The translations under genes were made by a program, and so were the position numbers. Under the pieces are notes generated by a model. The model had not been told where the DNA came from, ran no database searches, and saw only the letters and a list, made by a program, of their open reading frames with translations. A stretch of DNA of 49,969 bases from a virus (taxonomy: Duplodnaviria > Caudoviricetes): IMG/VR virus record IMGVR_UViG_3300009426_000008, positions 1 to 49,969 of that record, one strand, 5' to 3'. Position 1 is the first letter of the stretch, and each line of letters starts with the position of its first letter. Positions 27,269-36,522 of this stretch are shown piece after piece.

Positions 27269-27955
27269 ATGAGAGCCAGAGACATACTTGAAGCAAATGT
27301 AACACCTGATGCCGAGTTCTTAGATGAGCTCGGCTTTGGCGTGGACGATGCCCTTGACGAATATCAAGAGTACCTAGCAAGCAACGATGACCTGGATAAC
27401 ATTGCCCAGCTTGAGGATCTACTTAACGCAAGTGTAGATGAAGAGCTGCGGGTAGACTTTACCACCAACTACAATCCTACAAAGAGTGACTGGTGGATGA
27501 GTGCTGAAGCTACGACAGGCGAAACAGATGATGGCGAGCGTGTAACAGACTTCAATATAATCCTATATGCTCGTAACTTGATTGGAGTGTATGGTCCCAA
27601 GACATTCAAGAAGATGTTAATGCGTCTTATGAGCCACGAGCTCGTACACAAAGGGCAACACAGCCGCATCCCTGATATGAACAAGATGTCAAGCGGTTAT
27701 CAGAAGGCTGCAAACGCTACGACACACAGAGATTGGGAACGAACATATCTACGTGATCCACATGAATTAATGGCGTATGGCGAAACGTTGGCCCAAGAGA
27801 TTCAGGACACAGAAGACCCAGATGCAGTAATCCGCAATCCTGATGCTTTCATGCCAGATTTGCCCACGTATGCACGTTTTCGTAACATATTTCCCAAAGA
27901 TACGCCACAAATCAAAGCACTATTAAAATACACATATCGCTACCTTAAGGCTTGA
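27269..27955 (+). CDS. HExxH zinc-metalloprotein-like, probable internal head protein
   Basis: SHELVHKGQ and Y...PHE..AY; N-terminus MRARDILE; TAAATA 5 nt before ATG. Confidence 0.7.
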   Translation: MRARDILEANVTPDAEFLDELGFGVDDALDEYQEYLASNDDLDNIAQLEDLLNASVDEELRVDFTTNYNPTKSDWWMSAEATTGETDDGERVTDFNIILYARNLIGVYGPKTFKKMLMRLMSHELVHKGQHSRIPDMNKMSSGYQKAANATTHRDWERTYLRDPHELMAYGETLAQEIQDTEDPDAVIRNPDAFMPDLPTYARFRNIFPKDTPQIKALLKYTYRYLKA

Positions 27956-27998
27956 CATACCAAGACACTTTGCTATACTGTAAGAGTAAGCAAAGGAG
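27952..27998 (+). promoter_or_regulatory. Early promoter/leader cassette copy 6
   Basis: TTGACA-16-TATACT-6-GTAAGCAAAGGAG. Confidence 0.88.
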
Positions 27999-28005
27999 AT
28001 ATGAT

Positions 28006-28188
28006 ATGACTGAAGAGATGAAAAAGTTGGTAGAAAAGTCCATGTACACGACTGCCAATTTTTATGCTCAACGGGGCGAAATGACCGCATGTGTAGCAGT
28101 ACACGATGCATTCCTTTGTCTAATGGATGCTGTTGAAAAGGGCTTTGTGTCCGACAGCACAACCGTTTCGGAGGTAAAAGAATGGTAG
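28006..28188 (+). CDS. Hypothetical early protein (TAG stop)
   Basis: Start moved to ATG after cassette SD. Confidence 0.65.
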   Translation: MTEEMKKLVEKSMYTTANFYAQRGEMTACVAVHDAFLCLMDAVEKGFVSDSTTVSEVKEW

Positions 28189-28370
28189 TCGAATTTGAAA
28201 AGTTTTTGCTAGCACCCCTTGTTGCTGCTGGTGTAACGGTTACTGAAACTATGCGTTTTGTTAACTGGAACGATGCTTGTGACTGGGCTGGTAAGTGCAC
28301 AATGAGCACAAAGGTGCCTTTTGTGATACTGGAAATGCGCGGTCCTAATGGTGAAGTGGAGAAGTTCTAA
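28182..28370 (+). CDS. Hypothetical protein
   Basis: 62 aa, SD GGAGGT. Confidence 0.65.
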   Translation: MVVEFEKFLLAPLVAAGVTVTETMRFVNWNDACDWAGKCTMSTKVPFVILEMRGPNGEVEKF

Positions 28371-28371
28371 T

Positions 28372-29571
28372 ATGCACTATGACTTTCCAATAATTCATCA
28401 CATTGATGATGTGTTGCCAGCTATCGAAGGCCGCGACGAGTTTGTCGTTGCAGAGCGCGATGGCTTCAAAGTAGTCAACTACAATGTTGGTTACGAGGAC
28501 ACTTTCACGATTGACGTCCAGGAGACGATGAAGAACCACGGGTTCTTCATTCCCAAGGGTCTTATGCGTCGTGAGTGCCGTGGACTTATCTTCTATCCAG
28601 ATGGTCGTATTATGTCGCGCCCGTTCCACAAGTTCTTCAATGTTGGCGAGCGTGAGGAAACTCTGTTGCACAACATTGACATGTCGCGTGATCACGCGAT
28701 TGTGGAAAAGATGGACGGCAGCATGATTCGTCCGATGATGGTAAATGGCAAGCTTCGGCTTGGAACCAAAATGGGCGTTACTGACACTTCAATAGCTGCT
28801 GAGAATTATTTGCACACTCGTCCAGACTGGGCGGAGTTGTCTGTGTGGATGGAAGGTGCAGTCAAGATGGGGGTAACTCCACTGTTTGAATTCATTGCAC
28901 CAGACAATCGGATTGTTATTGAATACAACGATCCAGACCTTGTGTTGCTTGCAATTCGTCACAACGAATCGGGCAACTATTTGGTCGAACAGAATTCAAC
29001 TCCTGCTAGCCTTACTCGTGTGCCTTCTTACGGTGCAGTTGATGGTTCGTTTGAGGACTATATTGCACGGCAGCGTGGTAAGGAAGGTCGTGAAGGCGAC
29101 ATCATCCGCTTTGCTGATGGACACATGCTCAAGATCAAGAACGACTGGTATGTGCGTATCCACAAGGTAAAGGACAAGATCCGTAGCGACCGCCACGTTC
29201 TTGCTCTCTTGTTAGAGAACGATTTGGACGACGTCTATCCACACTTGGATGAGAACGACTTTAACCGTATTAAGAAGTATGAAGCTGACTTCCATGTTGC
29301 GTTACACCGCAAGGTTGTTGACATTGAATTCAAGGCACGTGATGCTTGGCTTGCTGCTAACTTTAACAAGAAGGAATTGGCTACTAAGATTTTGCCTAAG
29401 TCCTACATTGCTAGGGATGATTGGCCGATTGTGTTTAGGTATGCAGACGGCATAGATGACTTCTATGAACTTGTAATGGGTCGAGTTCGCAAAGGACTTG
29501 GCAATACTGCCAAGTATAACGAATTGGCTCACTGGCTGGGCCTTAACGAAGATGACGAAGAAAACAGTTGA
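28372..29571 (+). CDS. rnlA: RNA ligase 1 (T4 gp63/Rnl1 family)
   Basis: RECRGLIF, RPFHKFFN, EKMDGS, FEF..P.NRIV, EG...., LKIKN.WY. Confidence 0.92.
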   Translation: MHYDFPIIHHIDDVLPAIEGRDEFVVAERDGFKVVNYNVGYEDTFTIDVQETMKNHGFFIPKGLMRRECRGLIFYPDGRIMSRPFHKFFNVGEREETLLHNIDMSRDHAIVEKMDGSMIRPMMVNGKLRLGTKMGVTDTSIAAENYLHTRPDWAELSVWMEGAVKMGVTPLFEFIAPDNRIVIEYNDPDLVLLAIRHNESGNYLVEQNSTPASLTRVPSYGAVDGSFEDYIARQRGKEGREGDIIRFADGHMLKIKNDWYVRIHKVKDKIRSDRHVLALLLENDLDDVYPHLDENDFNRIKKYEADFHVALHRKVVDIEFKARDAWLAANFNKKELATKILPKSYIARDDWPIVFRYADGIDDFYELVMGRVRKGLGNTAKYNELAHWLGLNEDDEENS

Positions 29572-29615
29572 CAAAGCAAGACACTTCGCTTATACTAAAT
29601 GAGTAAGCAAAGGAG
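29568..29615 (+). promoter_or_regulatory. Early promoter/leader cassette copy 7
   Basis: TTGACA-17-TATACT-6-GTAAGCAAAGGAG. Confidence 0.9.
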
Positions 29616-29621
29616 AATAAC

Positions 29622-29810
29622 ATGTTTAATGTAGATGAAGAAGTTCGCATTGTAGGTGAACCTTTAGGTTCACCTAATGAATTTGCTAGAGTTGATATGA
29701 TTGGTGGCGAAGGTCGACATGGGTTATATTGGGTTGCGAATATCAACATGCCATATTATGGCACCATCTGTGGATGGATGCGCGAAGACCAACTTGCAAA
29801 AAGGGTATAA
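29622..29810 (+). CDS. Hypothetical early protein (SH3-like size)
   Basis: 62 aa behind cassette SD. Confidence 0.75.
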   Translation: MFNVDEEVRIVGEPLGSPNEFARVDMIGGEGRHGLYWVANINMPYYGTICGWMREDQLAKRV

Positions 29811-29816
29811 TCAATA

Positions 29817-30296
29817 ATGCTAGTAGTATTTGATCTCGACGGAACAATTGCTGATGTTACGCATCGTATGCACTTCATCCGCCCAAATCCCGCCGTAGAC
29901 CCTGTAACGGGTAAGAAGGTTAAGCGTCGCTTTGACCGGTTCCACGCCGCATGTGTTGATGACGGTGTAGTTGAGCCTGTTGCTTACCTGTACCGGCAGT
30001 TTGTTGCTAACCCTGACGTTACTGTTGTCGTCCTAAGCGGGCGTGATGTTGCAACGCTGGACGAGACTGTGCAGTGGTTTGCTCGCAATGATCTACCTAT
30101 GCCAGATGATATGATCCTCAAGAGCGGCGATCAGCACACCCCGGACGTTGAGCAGAAGCGTACTATCGCTGATCAAATTGAGCAGCGGTACGGCGAGCCG
30201 ATTGCAATGGTTTTTGAGGACCGGCAGCGTGTTGTTGAAATGTGGAAGGCACGTGGCACATTTGTAATGGACGTGTTACAAAATCCTGAGGACTAA
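29817..30296 (+). CDS. HAD phosphatase, Pnkp 3'-phosphatase-like
   Basis: DLDGT, SGR, T..W, D...K, FEDR..VVEMW. Confidence 0.88.
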   Translation: MLVVFDLDGTIADVTHRMHFIRPNPAVDPVTGKKVKRRFDRFHAACVDDGVVEPVAYLYRQFVANPDVTVVVLSGRDVATLDETVQWFARNDLPMPDDMILKSGDQHTPDVEQKRTIADQIEQRYGEPIAMVFEDRQRVVEMWKARGTFVMDVLQNPED

Positions 30297-30299
30297 TTG

Positions 30300-30764
30300 A
30301 TGGAAATTATGATTACGGCCATCGCAATTGCGTTGGCCGGCATTTACGCACTTATATGGGCCTACATTTTATTTGGGCATTTTCGTGAACAGCGGGATGC
30401 AGTTAAAAACTTTATAGCAGCCTGGGAAAATGATACCTATGATGTACATGGTGTTAACAGTGACACCTATTCTGAAATCATAGGTGTAGTAGCTCAACTT
30501 CGTATTAGTTTTCCTGCTGGTAAATCCCAGCAATATGTATACATTAATCCAGAATCTGGTTGTTTGATAAGTACCATTAAATGGGGTAGTGATGAATCAT
30601 CAAGCATCACACCAAATTGGTGGGTGCGCCGGTCCCTTGAAGAATATACAACACAGATTGCTACAATGTTCAAACTAGAGAGTGAGTTAGCTGTGCCTGA
30701 TGATAAGATTCCGGATATGAATACTTTTACGAACTTTTCACAGGCGCGATGGAAGACGCCATAA
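30300..30764 (+). CDS. Membrane-anchored hypothetical protein with MxKL motif
   Basis: N-terminal TM helix; QIATMFKLES. Confidence 0.7.
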   Translation: MEIMITAIAIALAGIYALIWAYILFGHFREQRDAVKNFIAAWENDTYDVHGVNSDTYSEIIGVVAQLRISFPAGKSQQYVYINPESGCLISTIKWGSDESSSITPNWWVRRSLEEYTTQIATMFKLESELAVPDDKIPDMNTFTNFSQARWKTP

Positions 30765-31141
30765 TGGCAAAGAGCCTGCAAACACGTAACTCAGAAAAGC
30801 TTCGACCCCTTATTGAAAAGGCTATTCATGACGGCGAGGTCTTTATCATTGAGAAATGGGGAGTTGACTCGGGAAGCATTTACGAAGTGCGCATCGGATC
30901 AGATCAGGACTGGTTTTATGATGGGCCTGATTTTTTCATCCCCATATTGATTCATGTAAATGACGCAGGAGTCATTAAATGGAAATTCGCAGAGACGAGC
31001 ATCCATGCCCTGGATAAACCTAATACACAGTGGTTAGGAGCAGAACTCGAGGAACTATTGGTGATGTACAAGTTAGGTGGTATTCGGCGACCGTCACAGG
31101 AAGGCCCACACCTGCGTGGCCCGGATGGCGTTTATGTATGA
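30764..31141 (+). CDS. Hypothetical protein with MxKL motif
   Basis: TAATG-coupled; EELLVMYKLGG. Confidence 0.7.
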   Translation: MAKSLQTRNSEKLRPLIEKAIHDGEVFIIEKWGVDSGSIYEVRIGSDQDWFYDGPDFFIPILIHVNDAGVIKWKFAETSIHALDKPNTQWLGAELEELLVMYKLGGIRRPSQEGPHLRGPDGVYV

Positions 31142-31619
31142 TACGATCATCATACTCATCAACGTTTTTAACTTTTATTTCTTATTGATTAGACCAGCAT
31201 ATTTCATTAATCAAATTGCGGGTCTGCTGCGCAATAACGCAAACAAGATTATCTTCCTGGAAGAATACGCTCTCCAAGACCCAAGGAGAATTAACCATAT
31301 CATATGCCAACTTTGGATTGATGAGTGTCATTTTTACGAGTGGAAGATGACTGAGAATGGTGAAATTCTCAAGCATACTACACGTGAATTAAAACAAGCT
31401 GGGAGGTTTAAGCATAGGGAACGGATGAATTTCTATGGTCCTAACCCTCCTAATAGGAAAAACGGTGATAGCTTGTTGCGTTACAAGCTGCTAGGAACGT
31501 ACAGCACAAGAGGACTGATGGGTTGGGTGATACGTCGCTATGTTACTGAGGCATTTGTTATGGCCAAGATGGCAGGATTTAAACAGTATAACTTCAAAGA
31601 TTATATTGACTTTAACTAA
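31134..31619 (+). CDS. Membrane-anchored hypothetical protein with MxKM motif
   Basis: N-terminal hydrophobic stretch; EAFVMAKMAG; start uncertain. Confidence 0.65.
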   Translation: MYDTIIILINVFNFYFLLIRPAYFINQIAGLLRNNANKIIFLEEYALQDPRRINHIICQLWIDECHFYEWKMTENGEILKHTTRELKQAGRFKHRERMNFYGPNPPNRKNGDSLLRYKLLGTYSTRGLMGWVIRRYVTEAFVMAKMAGFKQYNFKDYIDFN

Positions 31620-31639
31620 CATTTTGGTTGTCCTTTAGC

Positions 31640-31686
31640 TTGACACGTACTAAGGACCATGTTACATTGGTTGTGTAACGAAAAGG
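31640..31686 (+). promoter_or_regulatory. Degenerate early promoter cassette
   Basis: TTGACA-17-TACATT-6-GTAACGAAAAGG. Confidence 0.65.
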
Positions 31687-31693
31687 TAAACAG

Positions 31694-32176
31694 ATGACTG
31701 TAATTACACAAGAACGCGATCCAGCTTTTCCACTCATGCATCAAGGCAGCCGGTTGTACCTGCTTGCCCGTACTGACATCTATCAGATGAATCCTGGCAA
31801 GGGTTGGGCGCATGGCGGACATGCTGCAACACAGTTTGTTTTTGATGTGCTTGATATTGCCAAGTCGGTTGGCTCCCCAAAAAGTATGACAGGATTGCAA
31901 AATCTTATGAATGGGTGGAGACAGCAAGGCGGCGGTGGGTTTGGTACAAAGATTGCACTTGCACTGACTAAAGCTGAAATCATCGAAACAGTTGCAACAA
32001 TGCGCGACGAATTCAAGCTACAAGCTAACACAGTTGTTGACCCAACTTACCCGTTTACAAACTGGCAGGGTGACTTTTACACTGCGAAGGAACTAACAGG
32101 CGGTTATGTATTTGTACCGCTTGACGCACCAGCTGAGGTGCTAGATTACCTGCGCCAATTCAAGCTACACCCATAG
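31694..32176 (+). CDS. Peptidyl-tRNA hydrolase PTH2-like
   Basis: LYLLARTD...MNPGK..AH..HA...W......TKI.L...VVD. Confidence 0.7.
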   Translation: MTVITQERDPAFPLMHQGSRLYLLARTDIYQMNPGKGWAHGGHAATQFVFDVLDIAKSVGSPKSMTGLQNLMNGWRQQGGGGFGTKIALALTKAEIIETVATMRDEFKLQANTVVDPTYPFTNWQGDFYTAKELTGGYVFVPLDAPAEVLDYLRQFKLHP

Positions 32177-32187
32177 AAGAAGAAATA

Positions 32188-32670
32188 ATGAGAGAAGCAC
32201 AAATCACACCAGCCGTGAAAAAATATATTGAAGTGCAGTATGACGAAGAGACGCAGGACTATTTGCGTCGCTACTGCATTGACAACGGATTTGATCTTAG
32301 TATACGGTTCAATGGAAGGCCACAGCCTATTATGGCTTTTGACTTTCATAGCACTGTTTGGTTTACTTCAAATGAAGCCGTGATAAGTAATGGCACAACA
32401 GCCGTAACTGTTGACGACATTACGCCAAAAGGCTTTGCTTTGTTTGGTGACCAGCAAAACATTCTAGTGTTGGAGATTGACAGTGAACAAATTAGATCTA
32501 TCCGATCCACCATTGGTGAACAGTATGGCCTTGAAGACGAATGGCCAGACTTCCGCCCCCACATCACTCTATCATATCTTTACACGGATAACGATCTACC
32601 CCAAGTAGACCTTCCGGATGGTGATATGATCATAGTAGATAAACTTCACATCAAAAATCAGAAAAAATAA
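32188..32670 (+). CDS. 2H phosphodiesterase, T4 gp57B/Acb1-like
   Basis: FHSTVWF and FRPHITLSY (two HxT motifs). Confidence 0.8.
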   Translation: MREAQITPAVKKYIEVQYDEETQDYLRRYCIDNGFDLSIRFNGRPQPIMAFDFHSTVWFTSNEAVISNGTTAVTVDDITPKGFALFGDQQNILVLEIDSEQIRSIRSTIGEQYGLEDEWPDFRPHITLSYLYTDNDLPQVDLPDGDMIIVDKLHIKNQKK

Positions 32671-32674
32671 CAAA

Positions 32675-33325
32675 ATGAATAAATTACTACTCATCGGCGA
32701 CATTCACGGAAAGTTGGATGATTACCAGACACATTCTATTGCTGATTTTGACGGCCCAACTGTACAAATTGGTGATTTTGGCATCGGCTTTTATGGTGAC
32801 TACTGGCATGACCGTGTAAATGAATTTCATGCTGACGGACGTCACCGCTTTATCCGTGGTAACCACGACAAGCCCTCAAAGTGTAAAAACGACATGGTTG
32901 GGTATATTGCTGATGGCACTATCGAAAACGATGTGATGTTTATTGGCGGCGCCTGGAGTATTGATAATCCTGACGCTCCTCCAGGCTGGTATCGGCGTAC
33001 ACCTGAGGTTGATTGGTGGGCTGATGAAGAATGTTCTACTGCGGAGTTTTATCGGTTTGCTGAAATATATGATGTTATGCGCCCGCGTGTAATGGTCACA
33101 CATGATTGTCCTTGGACAGTGTCGAAAGAAATGTTCTTTGATAGTGGCTTACTCAGAGGTATACACTACCCAACAAAGACAGGTCAGTTTTTTGACACAC
33201 TAATGGACATTCATCAACCTGACGAATGGTATTTTGGTCATTGGCATACGACTATGCAGCACAAATATGGGCGTACCATGTTTCAATGCATTGGCGAACT
33301 TGACACTGTGGTAATAGATGTATGA
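32675..33325 (+). CDS. Calcineurin-like metallophosphoesterase
   Basis: GDIHG, GDFG, GNHD, THDCP, GHWH. Confidence 0.9.
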   Translation: MNKLLLIGDIHGKLDDYQTHSIADFDGPTVQIGDFGIGFYGDYWHDRVNEFHADGRHRFIRGNHDKPSKCKNDMVGYIADGTIENDVMFIGGAWSIDNPDAPPGWYRRTPEVDWWADEECSTAEFYRFAEIYDVMRPRVMVTHDCPWTVSKEMFFDSGLLRGIHYPTKTGQFFDTLMDIHQPDEWYFGHWHTTMQHKYGRTMFQCIGELDTVVIDV

Positions 33326-33639
33326 GTAAATATATCTATTCTCCACATCGACGGTACATCAATAACTGTAATCCGCCTGACAACGCGCAGAGTGGAACTG
33401 TTTGGTTTGATAGTGGGTTGCAGTGTCTCGTGGTATATGATGGTGACACCTGGATTGAATTTGGAGACCATCAGCCGTTCATGACGCCGGATGCAGAGGA
33501 AGCTATTGACCGTGTCCTTGACATGCTTAGGGGGCGATCACGAATCAATGATTTAGCAGATAAATATCCACTAGTAGAAGATGCACTAGGACAACTTGAG
33601 GTTGCTCTTAAATTGTGTCAGAATTTGGATAATGGATAA
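33322..33639 (+). CDS. Hypothetical protein
   Basis: G.VWFD.....L.VYDG..W motif. Confidence 0.75.
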   Translation: MSKYIYSPHRRYINNCNPPDNAQSGTVWFDSGLQCLVVYDGDTWIEFGDHQPFMTPDAEEAIDRVLDMLRGRSRINDLADKYPLVEDALGQLEVALKLCQNLDNG

Positions 33640-33976
33640 TCAATCACTCACAACGCAAGCACTAGGCAAGTCTATTATGTTAGCACTAATGATCATACCC
33701 ACTGCCGTTTCTATCTTTGTTGCACTTGAAGTCAAAGACGCCAATACCATTGTTAACCAAGCTTTCAATAGTGAACCACAAATTGTGTGTTTCGATCCAG
33801 ACGTATGTGCTATCGAAGTAAAAGGCAAATGGTATCGTATAAGCGGTGTTATTAGTATGGAACAAACTGTCCCAGAAGAATATCGTTTAGATGAACTAGT
33901 TGAAGAAGCGACAAAAGATCGCGCAGAACAAATAATAACAACTGTAGATGAAGAGGTAAAAAATAATGGAAAATAA
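33632..33976 (+). CDS. Membrane-anchored hypothetical protein
   Basis: Single TM helix; start moved to ATG 33632. Confidence 0.65.
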   Translation: MDNQSLTTQALGKSIMLALMIIPTAVSIFVALEVKDANTIVNQAFNSEPQIVCFDPDVCAIEVKGKWYRISGVISMEQTVPEEYRLDELVEEATKDRAEQIITTVDEEVKNNGK

Positions 33977-34271
33977 ACTTAGCTATGAAGATCTCCAGCG
34001 TAGGTATACACAACTCGCTGAAGCAATGGGTGCGGACCTTAGTGTCGCCTCCCATGAAGATTGTCTACAGGTTGCAGTGATACTTAACAAAGTTAAAACA
34101 GCTATTGTCCATGAACGTGCTGAAGAAACTGGCGCCTATTTCATTACTGGTGAAGGTGGTGAAAAAGATGATGTTGGGTTGCCTGAATATATTATGATTT
34201 GCCCAAGCTTTGGCTTCGCGGGCTTTGCAACGTATCGCAAAGATCGAAATTATAGTGAGCCTGGGTATTGA
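33966..34271 (+). CDS. Hypothetical protein
   Basis: 101 aa, SD GAGGT. Confidence 0.7.
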   Translation: MENKLSYEDLQRRYTQLAEAMGADLSVASHEDCLQVAVILNKVKTAIVHERAEETGAYFITGEGGEKDDVGLPEYIMICPSFGFAGFATYRKDRNYSEPGY

Positions 34272-34322
34272 CATTTCTCCTTGTATGCCGTATAAGTAAG
34301 AATAACAAAAACTGGGATCACA

Positions 34323-36179
34323 ATGTCTAAAGAAGAATTTCAGATTATGAGTGCCCGTGAGCATGTAAGAAAGCGCACGGGCATGTATCTTGGCAGCACT
34401 GCCAAAGAAGATGTGGCGCGTTTTGTGCTAGGCGAATGGAAAACCGTCAGCTATGTTCCTGCGCTGCTTAAAATGGTCGATGAAATACTGGACAACAGTA
34501 TCGACGAAGCCATCCGTACTCAATTCAAATACGCAAACGAGGTTAGTGTAAATGTACAGAAAAATCGAGTCACAGTTACCGACAATGGTCGAGGCATTCC
34601 ACTTGATGAAATCACAGACACAGAAACAGGCGAAAAGCTTATACGTCCTGTGGCAGCATGGACGAGAGTTCGTGCGGGCACTAGCTTTGACGATGACCGC
34701 GTTACTATTGGCGCAAATGGTGTTGGCGCTGCTTGTGTAAACTTTATGAGTGTTGAATTTATTGGTGAGACATGGAGTAAGGGCCAACAGGTTCGCGTGA
34801 CGTGCACACACGGTGCTAACTTTACTCAAGTTGAAGAAGTAAAAAGGACGACACACGATTCTGGAACGCAAGTAAGTTTTAGACCTGACTTCAGCCTATT
34901 GGGCGTCAAAAATCTAGATGAAGGTGATCATTATGACCTTATTCATGATCGCCTTAACAGTTTGCAGATTGCTTTCCCTGAGATCAAATTCAAACTGAAC
35001 GGTAAGCTAGTCAAAGCTCGCAACGTTACACAATACAGCAAACTCTATGCTGGTGAAGATGGTAGCAGTGTTACTATGTCACGTGACGATGTTGTATTCA
35101 TTATTGCCCACAGCAAGGACGGCTTCCGCCAAAACGGTTATATCAACGGCGTGAACACACGACTTGGTGGTGCGTATAACGACTATGTAATCAACGGCGT
35201 TACTGACGATATGGTGCGTATGATTAAACGCAAATATAAGGTTGAAGTTAGCCGTAGCACTATCAAGAGCGGGCTGACCTTTGTTCTCTTTGCCCGTAAC
35301 TTCATGAACCCACAGTATGACGCACAGACAAAAGAACGGCTGACAAGCTCACAGAGCGATGTACGTCGACACTATGAGTCGTCAGACCCATTGACATTCG
35401 AGCAAATTGCTAAGAAAGTAATGGCATGTGATGACATCATCGAGCCTATTGTCGAGGCTCAGGTAGCTCGGAAGGCTGCCGCGGACAAGCGGGCTGCTAC
35501 ACTCGCTCAGAAAAAACTTCGCCGCGTAAAGGTACAGAAGCACGTTGCAGCAAGCACGAAACAAAGCACACTGTTCCTTTGCGAGGGTGACTCAGCTATG
35601 GGCTTCTTGCTCAAAGTTCGTGATCCTAAGGTAGTTGGTGGTTTTCCGCTCCGCGGCGTCGTTATGAATACATTCGATAAAAAGCCTGCAGACGTTCTCA
35701 AGAACAAAGAGCTGAGCGAGCTCGTCGCAGTGTTGGGTCTCGACATAAATGACCCCGACAGTATTGATAACATGGACTATGAAAAGGTAGCAACACTTGC
35801 TGATGCTGATCACGATGGAAATCACATTAGCGGGCTGTTGTTATCTTTCTTCTACAAGTTTTGGCCGCGTCTGTTTACAGAAGGTCGCATTGCTATTACT
35901 CGAACTCCTATCATGATCTCTACCAAAGGCAAGGACCTTAAGTGGTTCTACAGCTATAACGAGGCACGTGAGTTCAAGAACAAGAACACGGGTTGGCATC
36001 ACCGTTACATCAAGGGACTTGCGTCCTTGACTGAAAAAGAATACGATGTCATTATCAACCAGCCGCGCTTTGACGTTATCGAAATTGATAATGAAAAATG
36101 GTTCACAGTAATGTTCGGGAAAGATTCGGAACCGCGGAAACAATGGTTGAAAGCAGAAACACCGGAAATGATCAAATGA
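34323..36179 (+). CDS. Type IIA topoisomerase large subunit (T4 gp39+gp60 fused)
   Basis: EHVRKR.GMYLG, EILDNSIDE, DNGRGIP, EGDSA, PLRG, DAD.DG, YIKGL. Confidence 0.95.
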   Translation: MSKEEFQIMSAREHVRKRTGMYLGSTAKEDVARFVLGEWKTVSYVPALLKMVDEILDNSIDEAIRTQFKYANEVSVNVQKNRVTVTDNGRGIPLDEITDTETGEKLIRPVAAWTRVRAGTSFDDDRVTIGANGVGAACVNFMSVEFIGETWSKGQQVRVTCTHGANFTQVEEVKRTTHDSGTQVSFRPDFSLLGVKNLDEGDHYDLIHDRLNSLQIAFPEIKFKLNGKLVKARNVTQYSKLYAGEDGSSVTMSRDDVVFIIAHSKDGFRQNGYINGVNTRLGGAYNDYVINGVTDDMVRMIKRKYKVEVSRSTIKSGLTFVLFARNFMNPQYDAQTKERLTSSQSDVRRHYESSDPLTFEQIAKKVMACDDIIEPIVEAQVARKAAADKRAATLAQKKLRRVKVQKHVAASTKQSTLFLCEGDSAMGFLLKVRDPKVVGGFPLRGVVMNTFDKKPADVLKNKELSELVAVLGLDINDPDSIDNMDYEKVATLADADHDGNHISGLLLSFFYKFWPRLFTEGRIAITRTPIMISTKGKDLKWFYSYNEAREFKNKNTGWHHRYIKGLASLTEKEYDVIINQPRFDVIEIDNEKWFTVMFGKDSEPRKQWLKAETPEMIK

Positions 36180-36337
36180 GCCCTGAAGCATCCACAATCA
36201 AGAAAGCCACACTTGCACGATATGAATACCTAGTAGAAGACAAGATCACCAAATATGATCCCATCCTCCGTACTGCCCAACGCCAGCCTGATAGCTATTG
36301 GGAAGAACAAGCACAGAGACAACAAGCATACAAGTAA
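36176..36337 (+). CDS. Hypothetical protein
   Basis: 53 aa, ATGA-coupled. Confidence 0.55.
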   Translation: MSPEASTIKKATLARYEYLVEDKITKYDPILRTAQRQPDSYWEEQAQRQQAYK

Positions 36338-36519
36338 TGGGTTACAATCGTAAGTTTGACTTAGATATGCACGACATTGCTTTGATTGAAGCTGCATTAA
36401 ATGCACAGTTAGCAACGGCAGACGATGCAGAGAAGCGCAAGATAGCTGCATTGTTAGCACATATCCACCACCAGAAAATATGGTACAGACCCAAAAAAGG
36501 TCCATATATTAGTGGATAA
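36337..36519 (+). CDS. Hypothetical protein
   Basis: MGYNRKFDL...LIEAAL...H.QK.WYRPK..YISG; resembles small Rhodobacteraceae proteins as recalled, unverified. Confidence 0.65.
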   Translation: MGYNRKFDLDMHDIALIEAALNAQLATADDAEKRKIAALLAHIHHQKIWYRPKKGPYISG

Positions 36520-36522
36520 GGC

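Noticed and set aside
34323-36179. T4 gene 60-type translational bypass, intron or intein in topoisomerase
   Set aside because: ATPase and TOPRIM parts are in one continuous 618-aa frame with no insertion.
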